Shown here: one piece after another, positions 35,825 to 48,044 of the stretch
Layout: every line of letters begins with the position of its first letter
Position numbering within the stretch: the stretch's first letter is position 1
NCBI GenBank assembly: GCA_044229075.1
Contig: JBGATS010000003.1
Location: forward strand, 12,372-76,371
Direction: 5' to 3'
DNA length: 64,000 nt
DNA from: Minisyncoccia bacterium
Lineage (GTDB): Bacteria; Patescibacteriota; Minisyncoccia; Phycocordibacterales; UBA1006
Notes under the pieces: model-generated
Seen by the model: the letters and a program-made list of their open reading frames with translations, nothing else
Database searches by the model: none
What the model was told of the DNA's origin: nothing
Made by a program: the position numbers and the translations under genes

Positions 35825-38467
35825 TTAATTTTTTACTACATTTCCATTATCAAGCTTCGTCTCACCTTCACTACATCCAGCATGGTAGTTTGCAAGATTT
35901 CGCGTAGATTGATACCAGTGTCCTGTTGGTTTTGAAAGTTTCCAAGGAATTAATACCTTATCAGCATATTTATTTTGATATTGCTCTACTGCCTTCTTTG
36001 TTTGTGGACCAAAAACTCCTGAAATTGGTAATTTTATTCCTAAGTGTTCATTGAGAAATTCTTGCATCTTTTTAACCTCAAAAATTCCATTTTTTCCATC
36101 ACGATCACCATACCGCATATATTGAGTAAAATATGGACATGATTTTTGGTCTTTTATTAATTCTGCAGCATTAGAATTTAACGTGGATGAATTTACTATA
36201 TTCCAACCCAGTACTGCTATCATTCCTCCACCAGAACCTGATGTTATGGTTGGAAGAGAGTAATTAATAGTGAGTGCATTGGAAGCTGTTGCATTTGTAT
36301 TACTTGCTCCATCAGTCACACTCCCTGCAAGAATTTGTACCGTTATTGCTCCTGGGGCTATAGGTGTAATGGTAACCGCATAGTTACCAGACCCATCAGG
36401 TCCGACGAGGTTTGATGCCGTGCCGTTGGTTACCATTAAATCAGAAAGCGTAAGTCCGGTAATTGATTCACTTGGGGTAATGGTTACGGTGAATGGAGCT
36501 GATACTGAGGCTGATGAAGTTGCAAGAGTAATAGTCGGCGCAGTTGTATCAGATGGTACTGATGCAATAACCAACACACTTGTCCCGTCTCCTGTTTGAT
36601 TTTCTGTCGTACCAATATTACCAGCGGCGTCATGCGGAATGATTTCAATATTGGTAAGCGCTTGGCCATATATCATTCCTATGGTAAGCGATGCGGCTAG
36701 TACCGTACATGTATACGGATCAGTAACGACTGACGGAGCGGTACATATTGCTGCAACACCGCCAACAGTAATTGTCGATGTGGCAAGGTCAAGAATCTCA
36801 TCAGAAATAAATGAGAGGGTTACACTATCAGAACCTGAAGTTGCTTCAAAGCTTGGACTTGTCCCTGAAGGTCCTGAGATACTCACACCACTGATTACTG
36901 GGGCCGTTGTATCGCCGGCATCTGCAATAATAGTAGTAAGATTTGCAGGAAGTGAGAGACTTGAGTAATTTGTATCTGGTGAAGTAATTGCAATAAATTC
37001 TACGACACCTGTATGAGTACCTTCTGGTACCCCATCAACAACTGGAGTCACTGTAATTTCTTGTCCGAGATTCCAAGTATTACATGGCTCAAACGGTGAA
37101 ATACCAGGTGTTATTGACATGCTTGCAGGTACAAAACAAACTCCAGATACTGGATTACCATCTTTAGTTAACTCCAACTGTCCATCAGTATTCGTAAATG
37201 CTATTTCTACAATATCTGTTGGTTCATTTGATAAACCCATTTGAAATGTTGTAGCGACTGGTCCGGTTTCATTTATATTTGCAAGGTTTGGTGTTGGTGA
37301 AACCCATACCCCAGCAGTTTGTGGAAGTGTAGCCGTGAGGAAGATACTCAGCGTATTTCCATGATTTACCGCTGCAGCATCAGGAAGACTATCTCCATCA
37401 AAATCATTTACAGCAATTCCAAGAGGACTAAAATTCACCGTATAAGGAACTGGTGCATCAAATGTTAGATCACCATTACCCAGGGCAACCTGCACTCCTC
37501 CTGTTGATGTAGCCGAAGCATCTGACCATAAAACATCTAAATTTCCATCACCATCAAAATCCACTATCTTTGAATAATATGCTGAGCCTGGATATGTTTG
37601 ATGAATAATTGATCCATCCAAAGAAACAATACTCATTCCATCATTAGGAGAAGTGACTACTAATTCATAAATACCATCATTGTTAAAATCAGCAGTATTT
37701 ACACCGTACGGATTAGTTGATGCAAAGCTATAATCAAAATCAAAATTTCCAGATCCATCGTTTCGATATGCTTGAATTTGACTTTGGTTTTCATCTGCAA
37801 TAATGATATCTTTCCATCCATCACCTGTGTAATCAAATGCAGTCATTGCTTTACCTCCATGACCAGAACCGGTACCTCCTGCTGTCGCATAAGAAAATAC
37901 TCCTGACCCATTGTTCGTATACACCTCGAACGCGCTTACATTTTCTGTGCCGATAATAACATCGTTATCTCCGTCATTATCCATATCAGCAAGAGTTAAA
38001 TCTCCTTGACGAGTTCCATCTGTGTTACTTAATGCAACTACATCAAAAGCACCTGTAAACCGTACTCCTGCTCCTGTATTTTTATATATTTGGAGTTGTC
38101 TCAAATTACTATTCCCCACAACAATATCAACATCTCCATCGCTATCGATATCACCAACAGCAAGCCCCCATTCATAGGAAGCACCGTCGCCAAGAATTAA
38201 CGGTGCCTGAAAGGTTCCGTTTCCGTTTCCATATAAAATTCCGATTCCTGCCATACTTTTTCCATCGGTTACTACAAGATCGTTTTTTCCATCTGCATTA
38301 AAATCTGCAGATTCTACGAGGTGCATATCGCCGCCTAGAATAGTTGGAGTTTGTGGATTAAATGGATATGCGGACACAGTATGGTATCCAAACAGAGCAA
38401 TAACAATTACTCCTGCACATAGCCCTGCCAGCTGATAATATAATTTTTTTATATTTGGATTACCCAT
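35825..38467 (-). CDS. secreted FG-GAP/VCBS-repeat (beta-propeller) surface protein with Ig-like domains and C-terminal PG-binding-like domain
   Basis: Repeated FNADGKNDLVVTDG, VGDIDSDGDVDIVVGNSN, DMDNDGDNDVIIGTEN, DFDGDGNLDVLWSD (FG-GAP Ca-binding repeats). C-terminus CPYFTQYMRYG...VKKMQEFLNEHLG...PQTKKAVEQYQ...PWKLSKPTGHWY...AGC. Confidence 0.6.
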   Translation of the reverse strand: MGNPNIKKLYYQLAGLCAGVIVIALFGYHTVSAYPFNPQTPTILGGDMHLVESADFNADGKNDLVVTDGKSMAGIGILYGNGNGTFQAPLILGDGASYEWGLAVGDIDSDGDVDIVVGNSNLRQLQIYKNTGAGVRFTGAFDVVALSNTDGTRQGDLTLADMDNDGDNDVIIGTENVSAFEVYTNNGSGVFSYATAGGTGSGHGGKAMTAFDYTGDGWKDIIIADENQSQIQAYRNDGSGNFDFDYSFASTNPYGVNTADFNNDGIYELVVTSPNDGMSIVSLDGSIIHQTYPGSAYYSKIVDFDGDGNLDVLWSDASATSTGGVQVALGNGDLTFDAPVPYTVNFSPLGIAVNDFDGDSLPDAAAVNHGNTLSIFLTATLPQTAGVWVSPTPNLANINETGPVATTFQMGLSNEPTDIVEIAFTNTDGQLELTKDGNPVSGVCFVPASMSITPGISPFEPCNTWNLGQEITVTPVVDGVPEGTHTGVVEFIAITSPDTNYSSLSLPANLTTIIADAGDTTAPVISGVSISGPSGTSPSFEATSGSDSVTLSFISDEILDLATSTITVGGVAAICTAPSVVTDPYTCTVLAASLTIGMIYGQALTNIEIIPHDAAGNIGTTENQTGDGTSVLVIASVPSDTTAPTITLATSSASVSAPFTVTITPSESITGLTLSDLMVTNGTASNLVGPDGSGNYAVTITPIAPGAITVQILAGSVTDGASNTNATASNALTINYSLPTITSGSGGGMIAVLGWNIVNSSTLNSNAAELIKDQKSCPYFTQYMRYGDRDGKNGIFEVKKMQEFLNEHLGIKLPISGVFGPQTKKAVEQYQNKYADKVLIPWKLSKPTGHWYQSTRNLANYHAGCSEGETKLDNGNVVKN

Positions 38468-38526
38468 AGACTTGAAAAGTGTTATACTTATTAATATATT
38501 ATTATAATAACATAATACTACTTATT

Positions 38527-38721
38527 ATGCACAAACTTTTCAAACAAATACCAACACAACTCATCCTTGCAATTATTCCTATGGTTGCACTGTTTATCGG
38601 CGTAGGCATTGGCTATACCATAAATAAACTTGAGGTGAAAAAACTAAAAACTGAACTTGCTCAAAAACAAAAAGTTATTTTTGATCTAGAAAAAAATTGT
38701 CATGGTCATGAAGATTATTAA
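38527..38721 (+). CDS. small membrane protein (64 aa), hypothetical
   Basis: ATG 38527 (MHKLFKQIPTQLILAIIPMVALFIGVGIGY...), one TM helix plus a coiled-coil tail. The only plus-strand ORF in this block. Confidence 0.25.
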   Translation: MHKLFKQIPTQLILAIIPMVALFIGVGIGYTINKLEVKKLKTELAQKQKVIFDLEKNCHGHEDY

Positions 38722-38726
38722 ATAGA

Positions 38727-38759
38727 TAAAAAAATCACTCATATATGAGTGATTTTTTT
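38727..38759. terminator. bidirectional rho-independent terminator after the giant gene
   Basis: aaaaaatcactcatat-atgagtgattttttt. Confidence 0.65.
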
Positions 38760-38762
38760 ATC

Positions 38763-41700
38763 TTATTCAGTAGGAGTATCCCCTGATCCACCAGAACCAG
38801 TGTTAGTCGGGGGAGGTGTTGTACCCCCTGATCCCGAATCTCCTGTTCCTGAAGTACTACTTGTCGGATCTGTAATATCTCCACCAGACGTGTCGCCAGT
38901 ACCAGTATCACCAGAAGGCGTAGAATCGCCATCTGTTCCAGTTCCTGTTGATGAAGTATCCCCACCACTAGGGGTAGATGATCCACCAGAAACAACTGTT
39001 CCTTGTCCATTCATCATTGATTCCAATTGGTCACCATTTACACAGTATTCAGATCCATCTGCTTTTTTCAAACAAATTTGTTCTGAACGAACCTTTTTCG
39101 CAAAGAGTTCATTAATTCCGTTTGTTGCACTCGCGAGCCAGTCACGGAGCTTGGTAACAAATGTTGAATCAGTTCCATCTGTGTTAAATTCAAAGTTCTC
39201 AATCTGATTAATATTTAGATCAAGCTCTTTGATTGCCGCGATAACAAATGGGATTGATGATGATTCATTAATAGCTAAATACCCGTCAGGATTAGTTACA
39301 ACACCTGCTGGAATTAATTGTTGAAATTCCTGTGCAAGGAAACCATCGTAATGAGTTCCTGTTCCATCCCCGATGAAATTATAATTCACCGGACGAAGTC
39401 CTGTAATTTTTGCAAGTGCATCTGCAGTATTGATATCCACTACATTTTCCTTGAGTCGTGCATCAGACGTACATGCCCAGTTTGCACCAGCACCAGGATT
39501 GAATGTACACACTCCGGCTGCAGTATTGTCATCAACTGTGATCAGATTCCCGTTTGGAGTCGTAGCAGAACCGATCGATACTAATGCTGATGTTGCTGCA
39601 CTATCAACTGTCAGTAATCCGCTTGTTGTTGTTGTGCCAATACCTAATCGTCCTGCAGCATCCAGTCGCATACGCTCTACACCTGCGGTACTGAATCCAA
39701 CAATATCAGCGCCCGGACTAAATATTCCTGTATTAGTATCTGCAGTCCAACTATACGCAGGTACAGCAGCAGTCCCAAGTCCTGTTAATTGAACACCACC
39801 TGTAGACGTTTCTTGAAGAAGTTTCACCCAAGATGTCCAAACTCCTCCATTTCGTCCACGCATAAAGATACCATTATTAACATTATTTGAATATGGAATA
39901 CCTAATTGGGTAGTATTACCAGTTCCATCTTTACTACTATATTCAAAGTTAAACGGATGATAGTAACTTCCTGATCCAGGACCATTTGTTGCGGTACCTA
40001 GAAGTAAGGTGTATCCCTGACCTGATCGTGAATTAGTAACATCATTCCAATCAACAACACCTGCTGTAGTTACCGCCCCAAAACCTCCTTGAATAATTCC
40101 ATTCACTTCAAGTTTTTGTGTTGGTGCTGCAAATCCTAATCCAAGATTTCCTGCTGCAGTAAGTGTCATTCGAGTCGCGCCTGATGTTTCAAAATTGAGA
40201 TTTTGAACATCATTCGTACCAAGTGTTGCTGCTGCTCCAAAACTATTTCCATTTTGGATAAACATACCAGTCGTTCCATTGATATCAAATTTACGAAGAT
40301 CACCATTTGCGTCTGAATAAACTAATCCATTCGTACCACCGAGAGCAAGTCCTGAAATTGATGTTCCTCCGAGTGAATTAAATCGAATGTTTGCAGTCCC
40401 TGCAGTACCTGCAACATGGAATAATTGTGATGGTGTTGTAGCACCAAGACCAATACCGACATTACCGCCATTTGGGTTAAACATCATTGGGTAATTAACC
40501 GCAAGTGTCCCCTGATTCGTTACCTGCATCCATGCACCATTAGCGCCATTGATACCCGTATCAATAACTACACCTGAAGCATCGCCAAATCGTGATACAT
40601 GTCCAGCACCTTGTACAGTTCCAGAAGTTGCGGCAAAACTTGAGCCGCTATCGTTTACAAATAATCGTGCAGTTGTAAGAGGTGTCGCACCAATACCAAA
40701 ATTACCAATAGTATCAAATGTTGCACGGGTCACACCAGCTGTTTCAAATCCAAGATTAAACAAGTCATTCGTACCGAGGGTTGCTGTTGTTCCAAAACTA
40801 TTTCCGTTTTGGATAAAGTCACCATTCGTAATACTTGCCATTGATCGTTTATACAATTCGCCGTTTGTATCTACAAACAATATTCCGTCATTTGCTCCCA
40901 TGGTATAGGCCGTAGTTATTGCCGGACCAGAAAGATGGGTAATACGTACATTTGGTGTTCCGGCTGCCGCTGTCTGAGCAACACCATTTACATGAAATTG
41001 ACGTGTAGGAGCAGTTGTACCGATACCTACATTCCCACCGTTAGGGTTAAGCATAAGTGGATATGTCAAAGACAAATCTCCAGTATTAGTTGCTTGAAGC
41101 CAGGTACCTGATCCTCCATTACCACCAATATCAAGTGTTGCGCTTGTCGCTGCGCGAAGTCGTGTAATAAATCCTGCAGATTGAGCAGTTCCTGAAGTAC
41201 TTGGGAATGCGTTTCCAGTTCCTACTACTTCTAGTTTTGCCTGTGGGATTGTGGTATTAATACCAAAATTACCACCTGCATCCAGTCGCATACGTTCTGT
41301 ACCATTAGTTGACCATGCTTGAATATCTGCGCCTGGACTCCACCAACCGTTGTTAGTATCCCCAACAAAACTATGTGATGGAGTACCAGCAATACCCAGT
41401 GCGGTAAACATACGTCCTGTAGTATCTATTTGGAATAAGTCACCGTTTCCTACGGTAAAGAGTGAAGCAGGTGTTGTATCACCAATACCTACAAACCCAC
41501 CAGCAGTAACACGCATACGTTCGGTGTTACTTGTTCGTGTGACAAAATCAACTGCATCAGTGGTACCAATAAAATTGGTTGTTGCAAGTGTTCCTGCATT
41601 TCCTGTTATCATCCAACCGTTATTAGCATTTGCCAGAGCAACCCAACCAGTGTTCGTTCCAAGACCTGAAGCCTTGTAATACATAATTCCATTAGTAATA

Positions 41701-44700
41701 TCATTTGCAATATCACCCACTGATCCAGTTACAAAAGCATTGGGGCTACTATTGGTAATAAATGTTTGATAATCACCCCCTTGGTTTGCAAGTGTTTCAA
41801 TTGGGATATTCATTGTAAGTCCACTATTTACATGTAATTTTGTAGCAGGGGTATTTGTTCCAATTCCTAAACGACTATTGGTATTATCCCAGAAGTATTG
41901 CGCATTGTTTTGTGAAAGTAGTCCTCCTGCACCTGCAAAGAATACTGATCCTGGGGTCATCGTCGCAAAAGTTGTATTTCCATTAAATGTCGCTGCACCT
42001 GCAAAGGTTTTTGCTCCAGCAAAGGTTTGTGTTCCTGTTGAGACGAGTCCTGGGAATGTTGCGTCCGCAGTCTGCATAAAGAGGTTTGTTCCAGAGATTG
42101 CAGCACCATTTGCAGATTTTGTAGTTCCATCAAGTGTTCCAATAGTACTCACTCCTGCTGTGATTGCAACTGATCCTGCAGCGGTAAGGCGCCCCTGCGC
42201 ATCTACCGTAAATGTTGGTATGTTAGTTGCAGATCCATATGAACCTGGAGTAACCGCAGTGTTTGCAAGACCTACGGTTGCCGTTGCATTTTCAGCGCCG
42301 GTACCTGTTACGGTAAGGCCTGTCCCAGAAAGAATGGTCGCAACATAGTTTCCGGTGGTGTCAGTACCCAAGGCTACTGCATCAGGCTGTACTACGGTTG
42401 CACCAAGCGTACCTCCGATATCACCCGCAAGGGTAAGTCCAGAGATAGGAGTACTTGAAGCAATTCCATTGACTGTTGAGGTAAGATTACCCGCAGCAAA
42501 AGAAAGAGTATTACTGTTAACAATAGGAGCCGTTACTGAAATACCGTTTACGACGGAGGTCAACGTGTTTGCCGATGACCCAAGAGTATGAGTCATTGCT
42601 ATTGATCCAGCTGCAGTGAGACGTCCTTTACTATCTACGGTAAATGTTGGAATACTCGTAGCTGATCCATATACTCCAGCAGTTACTGGTGTGTTTGAAA
42701 GAGTAAGTGATGTACCTGTTCCCAATACTGCACCGGTTCCACCTGTTATAGAAATATCAGAGGTGGTTGAGGTAAGGTTTCCACCAGCAAGTGATGAAAG
42801 AGCTATAGATCCTGCACCTGTTAATCGTCCTTGTGCATCTACTGTAAAGGTAGGAATAGATGATGTTGAACCATAAGATCCAGCAACTACTCCTGTGTTG
42901 GTAAGAGAGATGGTTCGATCTGCTGAAAGATTTCCTCCCCCTGTGAGACCAGTTCCTGTGAGTATTTGTCGAGTACTATCTACTTTTGCATTAAAGGTTG
43001 CCCAATCAGTAGGTGTAAGAAGACCTCGATTTACAGCCGTAGCAGAAGGAAGATTTAAAGTATGTACCCCTGCTGCAGTTGTAATATTTGCATTGGTTCC
43101 TAGAGATCCAATAACAATACTTTGGTTTGGATTAGTATCACCATTAATAGAGGTAATAACTCCTAATGATGAAAGCGGTTGCCATGAATCAGTTCCTCCA
43201 GCACCACCAGAAACCAAGACCATACCTGATGATCCACGTGATCCTGATGGGGCAAGTCCTCCGGTACCATTCATACCATAATACATATCACCATTACTAT
43301 CGATGATATATTTGTTCGCATCGTTAGTTCCTAGGATTACAGCATTACCCCAATCACCAACAAGGTTTGAACCAATCGTAATTGCCCCGTTTTTAACAAG
43401 ATTATTTCCAAAACCAAATGCTGCTGTACCTGACACACCTGATCCTGAATTATTAAGACCAATCATTACAGAGGTATCAGAATTATCAATTCCATTACCA
43501 TATCCAAATTGGTATATTAATTTACCATTATCCTTACTTCCATTATCCATACCAATTTGTGTTTGGTATGAAGATCCTCCAGAAATACTGTTTCCTTGCC
43601 CAAATTGTTGCGTATTTTGTCCATCAGTACTATTTAATTCACCTACTTGATAAGTACTTGTTCCTGATGAACTGTTGTTGTCACCAAAAATCATATTCAA
43701 CGAACCTGACATTGATGTACCTGTACCAAACGCAAGATTCTGTCCTGCAGTATCTACAATCGTTGGTTGGTTAAGTGTTCCTCCAAGGATAATTTCTGTT
43801 CCTGTATTGGTAAGTCCATTATTCACTGCAACTAATCCAGTAACATCAGACCATGTAGGTGAATTACCTGCTCCATTAGAAACAAGTATCTGTCCACTGT
43901 TTCCTGCTGTTCCACTTGCAATAAGATCATTTAAAAGAATGACTGAATCATTGAATGATTTATCACCACCAAATGTTTGAGCACTTGTCGTAACAAGACC
44001 TCGCGCAAGAGTTGAAGCGTTAGGAATATTAAGAGTTAGAGTTCCTCCAAGAGATGCAGGAGATCCAGAAACATTCACATCAGTTCCCGTTGTTCCTGTT
44101 GCAAGACCAATCGTCCCTAATCCAGAAAGAGGCGTGGTTGCTGCAACTCCGTTAATAGTAGAAACAAGGTTCCCACCTGCAATAGCAAGCGTATTCGCAT
44201 TAATAATAGGAGCTGATGTAGAAACACCATCAACAACCGATGTCATAGTATTTACTAATGAACCCAATGTATTCGTAAGAGTACGATTCCCAGCAAGGGT
44301 AAGTCGTCCTTGGGCATCAACGGTAAAGCTCGCAATAGACCCAGGAGCTCCATACGAACCAGCAGTAACGCCCGTGTTATTCAATCCTACAGTAATATCA
44401 CCAAGTCCTACCAAGCGGTTAGTAAGTGCTCCTCCAAGTGTCATTCCTGTTCCTTGGATAATTGATCCAGCTGATCCAGTCGTTGCACAGGTAGGGCATG
44501 AAATTTCACCGGTTGTGTTGTTGTACGCAATAGGTGCAAGTCCTGAGAGTGCTGCACGCGCTCGTGCATTGGTGAAATAGAGATTTCCGTTTTCAGGAAC
44601 AACTGAAGTGTCAAGTGTCTGCCAAGTTTTATCACCACGCCAGTATTGCGCCGTAGTTCCTGCAACAATTGCAGGTTCTTTGCTATTGAAATTAATCCAA

Positions 44701-47700
44701 TCCGCAGGTGAAAGAGCTCCACGATTTATGTTTGAAGCGGTTGGAATATTAATCGTATGAGTTGATCCAGATGAAGCAATATTTACATCAGTTCCAGATG
44801 TTCCTGCTGCGAGAGTTTGTGCAGTTGCAGTAAGTCCGTTCAGTGATGTAATCGCAAGTGATGAAATAGGAGTCTGCCCTGCAAGCGTAAGACGTCCCTG
44901 AGCATCAACGGTGAAGGTTGGAATATTTCCTGTAGTTCCATATGACCCAGCTGTCACACCTGTAGTCGTAAGGTCAAAATTATTTGCGGTACGAGCAATA
45001 CCACCACTGGCAGTCATAATGTCAGTTACCGTATTTCCTGTACGTGAAAGTCCACCGGTAAAGGTAAGTACATTTTCCTTGTTATTAAATGTCGTCCAAT
45101 CTGTACTTGTTAAGAGTCCGTTTTGAGCATTAGTTGCATTTTGAATATCGAGCGTTGTCCCTGCACCAAGTACTGCCCCTGATCCTCCACTGATAGTGAT
45201 CGCACTATTTGGAGTTGTAAAGTTTGATCCAGACATCGCTGAAAGTGCTGTTGACCCTGCTGCAGTGAGACGACCTTTTGCATCCACAGTAAAATTAGGA
45301 ATCGCTGTAGTCGTTCCATATGATCCAGGGGTTACTGTAGTGTTCGAGAGTGTAAGCGTTGCACCAGAACCAAGCACGGCACCTGTTCCGCCAGTTACTG
45401 CAATATCAGCTGTTGTTGATGCAAGATTTGATCCAGACATCGCTGAAAGTGCTGTTGATGATGCAAGTGTAACACGACCATCTTGGTCGACAGTAAATTG
45501 TGGGATTGATGACGCACCACCATACACACCTGCAGTAACCCCAGAACTTGTAAGTTCGGCAGGCCCTACTACGTCATTATTGAGTTGGATATTTCCAAGA
45601 TTTCCAGAAACATCACCTGCTACAGCAATAGTGTTTGTTGAAACAGTTCCAGCAGCGGTAAGACGCCCTTGTGCATCTACAGTAATAAGTGGGATACTTG
45701 TTGCAGATCCGTATGAACCAGCAGTAACGCCCGTGTTATTCAATCCTACAGTAATATCACCAAGTCCTACCAAGCGGTTAGTAAGTGCTCCTCCAAGTGT
45801 CATACCTGTTCCCTGGATAATTGATCCAGCTGATCCAGTCGTTGCACAGGTAGGACATGAAATTTCACCTGTTGTTGAGTTATATGAAATTGGAGTAATT
45901 GCAGAAAGAGCTGCGCGTGCGCGAGCGTTGGTAAAGTAGAGATTTACTGTTCCTTCTGTAAGGTCATCCGTTGTTTTTGTAGCTAATGCTGCGTCGAAAC
46001 GAACTGGTGTCCAATACAAATTAGTTCCTTCGGGCACTACGGTTGTATTGAGAGTTTGCCATGTTTTATCGCCACGCCAGTATTGTGCAGTAGTTCCTGG
46101 TACAATTGCGTTTTCCTTGTTATTAAAGGTATTCCAATCAGTTGCGAGAAGAAGTCCGTTCTGGGTTGGTCCTGCAGATTGAATATCAATCGTTGCACCT
46201 GATCCAAGTACTGCACCTGCTCCCCCGGTGATAGTAACTGCAGTGTTAGGTGAAGTAAGGTTTGATCCAGTAAGTGAAGAAAGTGGTGTTGAACCAGCAT
46301 TGGTTAATCGTCCCTGAGCATCCACAGTGAAGAGTGGGATTGAAGAGGTTGAGCCATATGTTCCAGCAGTGACACCTGTAGAAGCCAAGTCAATAGTGGT
46401 TGCAGCATTTTCTATCCCAGAACCAGTCACGATCAACGCACCACTTGCAGGGGCAAGGGTTGCAATATAGTTTCCAGTCGTGTCAGTAGCAAGTGCTACC
46501 GCATCAGTTCCAATGACGGTTGCACCAAGGGTTCCAGTTACATCACCTGCAAGTGCCATTGATGAAGTGCTTGACCATGCAGGAATACCTGTTGGACTTA
46601 CACTTAATACTTGTCCAGTAGTTCCAATAGGAAGTGCAGAGAGCGTGTTTGCACCTGAAGCAAAGAGGATATCACCGAGGGTATATGAAGAAAGTCCCGT
46701 TCCCCCCTTTGTTTCATCGAGTACTCCTGAAATATTATTGAGTGAAAGTGCTGACTCATTAACGTCAACAGAAAATGGTTGTAATACCGCACCAATTGGT
46801 GTACCGCTGAGGATGACCTTACTTGATCCAGCAGTTACATCATATGTTCCATTTGCTGCCATAATTGCAGCAGCATCAAAACGAGTCCAGTCGGTAGAGG
46901 TAAGTAAACCATTTTGAGTAGCAGTTGCGTTTTGTATATTGATAGTTACTCCACTACCAAGTACTGCACCTGATCCGCCGGTGATAGAAATAGCACTATT
47001 CGGAGTAGTGATATTTGATCCTGACATTGCAGTAAGTGCCACTGATCCAGCAAGACCTAGTCGTCCTTTCGCATCAACTGTAAATGTTGGGATGGATGTA
47101 TTTGATCCATATGAACCTGCGGTTACGCCAGTACTTGAAAGAGTGACCGCTGTTCCTGTTGGGTTGAGTACCGCTCCTGCCCCACCTATTACCAAAATAT
47201 CTGAAGTAGTAGAAGTAAACGATCCACCCGATCCAGATGTCACACATGATGGACAAGAAATTTCACCTGTCGCATTACTGTAAACAATCGGACTGGTTGA
47301 GTAGAGTGCATTACGTGCACGAGTATTTGTGAAATACAAATTAGATCCTTCAGGTACTACTGAAGTATCAAGGTTTTGCCAAGTTTTATCACCGCGCAAA
47401 TATTGCGCTGTTGTTCCTCCTGAAAGCGCATTATCCAACGCATCAAATCGCTGCCAATCGAGTGCAGTAAGGAGTCCGCGATTAGCTGATGAAGCTGATG
47501 GGATATTAAACGTGTGCACACCTGCAACTGTAGACACGTTAAAATCGGTACCTGTAGTACCGGTTGTAAATGTTTGGATTGATGCCGTATCACCATTGAG
47601 TGAGGTGATACCTCCACCAGCAGCCCCAGGAATGGTTACGGTAACCGTCCCACCCACGTTGGTTGCGGTAACCCCTGCTCCGACAAATTGCAGTTTCAAT

Positions 47701-47927
47701 GTGTTGGTGGTGAGCGATGTTGTTTCATCGATCGTCTCCAGGATTGCTGGAAAACAATTGGTGTCGAGTGGGCCGCAGGGTTCAACCGATTCTGCGCCTG
47801 GATCGATGGTTTGACCAACGGTAAATGGATTGGTTCTTGTAACCGCAAATGTTGCAACAGGTACACTCACAATACCAATGATTGCTACAAGTGATACGTA
47901 TCGCATCACGGAAATTATTTTTTTCAT
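38763..47927 (-). CDS. giant (3054 aa) repetitive cell-surface fibre protein, tail-fibre-like, with C-terminal Peptidase_S74 intramolecular chaperone domain and Gly/Thr/Ser/Asp-rich tail
   Basis: N-terminal signal/[30 protein letters not shown]. About a dozen copies of [24 protein letters not shown]. Four copies of TTAQY(L/W)RGDKTWQ(N/T)[19 protein letters not shown]. Near the C-terminus, [63 protein letters not shown] matches the S74 chaperone-of-endosialidase domain. Confidence 0.8.
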   Translation of the reverse strand: MKKIISVMRYVSLVAIIGIVSVPVATFAVTRTNPFTVGQTIDPGAESVEPCGPLDTNCFPAILETIDETTSLTTNTLKLQFVGAGVTATNVGGTVTVTIPGAAGGGITSLNGDTASIQTFTTGTTGTDFNVSTVAGVHTFNIPSASSANRGLLTALDWQRFDALDNALSGGTTAQYLRGDKTWQNLDTSVVPEGSNLYFTNTRARNALYSTSPIVYSNATGEISCPSCVTSGSGGSFTSTTSDILVIGGAGAVLNPTGTAVTLSSTGVTAGSYGSNTSIPTFTVDAKGRLGLAGSVALTAMSGSNITTPNSAISITGGSGAVLGSGVTINIQNATATQNGLLTSTDWTRFDAAAIMAANGTYDVTAGSSKVILSGTPIGAVLQPFSVDVNESALSLNNISGVLDETKGGTGLSSYTLGDILFASGANTLSALPIGTTGQVLSVSPTGIPAWSSTSSMALAGDVTGTLGATVIGTDAVALATDTTGNYIATLAPASGALIVTGSGIENAATTIDLASTGVTAGTYGSTSSIPLFTVDAQGRLTNAGSTPLSSLTGSNLTSPNTAVTITGGAGAVLGSGATIDIQSAGPTQNGLLLATDWNTFNNKENAIVPGTTAQYWRGDKTWQTLNTTVVPEGTNLYWTPVRFDAALATKTTDDLTEGTVNLYFTNARARAALSAITPISYNSTTGEISCPTCATTGSAGSIIQGTGMTLGGALTNRLVGLGDITVGLNNTGVTAGSYGSATSIPLITVDAQGRLTAAGTVSTNTIAVAGDVSGNLGNIQLNNDVVGPAELTSSGVTAGVYGGASSIPQFTVDQDGRVTLASSTALSAMSGSNLASTTADIAVTGGTGAVLGSGATLTLSNTTVTPGSYGTTTAIPNFTVDAKGRLTAAGSTALSAMSGSNFTTPNSAITISGGSGAVLGAGTTLDIQNATNAQNGLLTSTDWTTFNNKENVLTFTGGLSRTGNTVTDIMTASGGIARTANNFDLTTTGVTAGSYGTTGNIPTFTVDAQGRLTLAGQTPISSLAITSLNGLTATAQTLAAGTSGTDVNIASSGSTHTINIPTASNINRGALSPADWINFNSKEPAIVAGTTAQYWRGDKTWQTLDTSVVPENGNLYFTNARARAALSGLAPIAYNNTTGEISCPTCATTGSAGSIIQGTGMTLGGALTNRLVGLGDITVGLNNTGVTAGSYGAPGSIASFTVDAQGRLTLAGNRTLTNTLGSLVNTMTSVVDGVSTSAPIINANTLAIAGGNLVSTINGVAATTPLSGLGTIGLATGTTGTDVNVSGSPASLGGTLTLNIPNASTLARGLVTTSAQTFGGDKSFNDSVILLNDLIASGTAGNSGQILVSNGAGNSPTWSDVTGLVAVNNGLTNTGTEIILGGTLNQPTIVDTAGQNLAFGTGTSMSGSLNMIFGDNNSSSGTSTYQVGELNSTDGQNTQQFGQGNSISGGSSYQTQIGMDNGSKDNGKLIYQFGYGNGIDNSDTSVMIGLNNSGSGVSGTAAFGFGNNLVKNGAITIGSNLVGDWGNAVILGTNDANKYIIDSNGDMYYGMNGTGGLAPSGSRGSSGMVLVSGGAGGTDSWQPLSSLGVITSINGDTNPNQSIVIGSLGTNANITTAAGVHTLNLPSATAVNRGLLTPTDWATFNAKVDSTRQILTGTGLTGGGNLSADRTISLTNTGVVAGSYGSTSSIPTFTVDAQGRLTGAGSIALSSLAGGNLTSTTSDISITGGTGAVLGTGTSLTLSNTPVTAGVYGSATSIPTFTVDSKGRLTAAGSIAMTHTLGSSANTLTSVVNGISVTAPIVNSNTLSFAAGNLTSTVNGIASSTPISGLTLAGDIGGTLGATVVQPDAVALGTDTTGNYVATILSGTGLTVTGTGAENATATVGLANTAVTPGSYGSATNIPTFTVDAQGRLTAAGSVAITAGVSTIGTLDGTTKSANGAAISGTNLFMQTADATFPGLVSTGTQTFAGAKTFAGAATFNGNTTFATMTPGSVFFAGAGGLLSQNNAQYFWDNTNSRLGIGTNTPATKLHVNSGLTMNIPIETLANQGGDYQTFITNSSPNAFVTGSVGDIANDITNGIMYYKASGLGTNTGWVALANANNGWMITGNAGTLATTNFIGTTDAVDFVTRTSNTERMRVTAGGFVGIGDTTPASLFTVGNGDLFQIDTTGRMFTALGIAGTPSHSFVGDTNNGWWSPGADIQAWSTNGTERMRLDAGGNFGINTTIPQAKLEVVGTGNAFPSTSGTAQSAGFITRLRAATSATLDIGGNGGSGTWLQATNTGDLSLTYPLMLNPNGGNVGIGTTAPTRQFHVNGVAQTAAAGTPNVRITHLSGPAITTAYTMGANDGILFVDTNGELYKRSMASITNGDFIQNGNSFGTTATLGTNDLFNLGFETAGVTRATFDTIGNFGIGATPLTTARLFVNDSGSSFAATSGTVQGAGHVSRFGDASGVVIDTGINGANGAWMQVTNQGTLAVNYPMMFNPNGGNVGIGLGATTPSQLFHVAGTAGTANIRFNSLGGTSISGLALGGTNGLVYSDANGDLRKFDINGTTGMFIQNGNSFGAAATLGTNDVQNLNFETSGATRMTLTAAGNLGLGFAAPTQKLEVNGIIQGGFGAVTTAGVVDWNDVTNSRSGQGYTLLLGTATNGPGSGSYYHPFNFEYSSKDGTGNTTQLGIPYSNNVNNGIFMRGRNGGVWTSWVKLLQETSTGGVQLTGLGTAAVPAYSWTADTNTGIFSPGADIVGFSTAGVERMRLDAAGRLGIGTTTTSGLLTVDSAATSALVSIGSATTPNGNLITVDDNTAAGVCTFNPGAGANWACTSDARLKENVVDINTADALAKITGLRPVNYNFIGDGTGTHYDGFLAQEFQQLIPAGVVTNPDGYLAINESSSIPFVIAAIKELDLNINQIENFEFNTDGTDSTFVTKLRDWLASATNGINELFAKKVRSEQICLKKADGSEYCVNGDQLESMMNGQGTVVSGGSSTPSGGDTSSTGTGTDGDSTPSGDTGTGDTSGGDITDPTSSTSGTGDSGSGGTTPPPTNTGSGGSGDTPTE
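44350..44577. repeat. near-identical internal DNA repeat within the giant gene (copy 1 of an about 1.36-kb-period duplication)
   Basis: An about 200-nt stretch ccatacgaaccagcagtaacgcccgtgttattcaatcctacagtaatatcaccaagtcctaccaagcggttagtaagtgctcctccaag... is repeated almost exactly at 45709-45936. It encodes ...[52 protein letters not shown]. Confidence 0.8.
45709..45936. repeat. near-identical internal DNA repeat within the giant gene (copy 2)
   Basis: Same sequence as 44350-44577 with a few substitutions. The plus-strand shadow ORFs 44134-44580 and 45196-45939 share a 51-aa identical stretch because of it. Confidence 0.8.
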
Positions 47928-48044
47928 AATGTGCTAATAAAAAATTAAACTTGGCTAATAATAAACATTATTATAAATGATAATAAAAAAACATACAATG
48001 AACCTGTGGATAACTTATAAGAAAAAAACCACTGATGCGGTTTT

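Noticed and set aside
38763-47927. Many plus-strand ORFs (60-250 aa) listed inside the giant gene, e.g. 44134-44580, 45196-45939, 47329-47814, 42616-42876
   Set aside because: They are antisense shadow ORFs of a long repetitive, compositionally biased coding region. Two of them share an identical 51-aa stretch only because the underlying DNA is duplicated. No independent start or RBS evidence.
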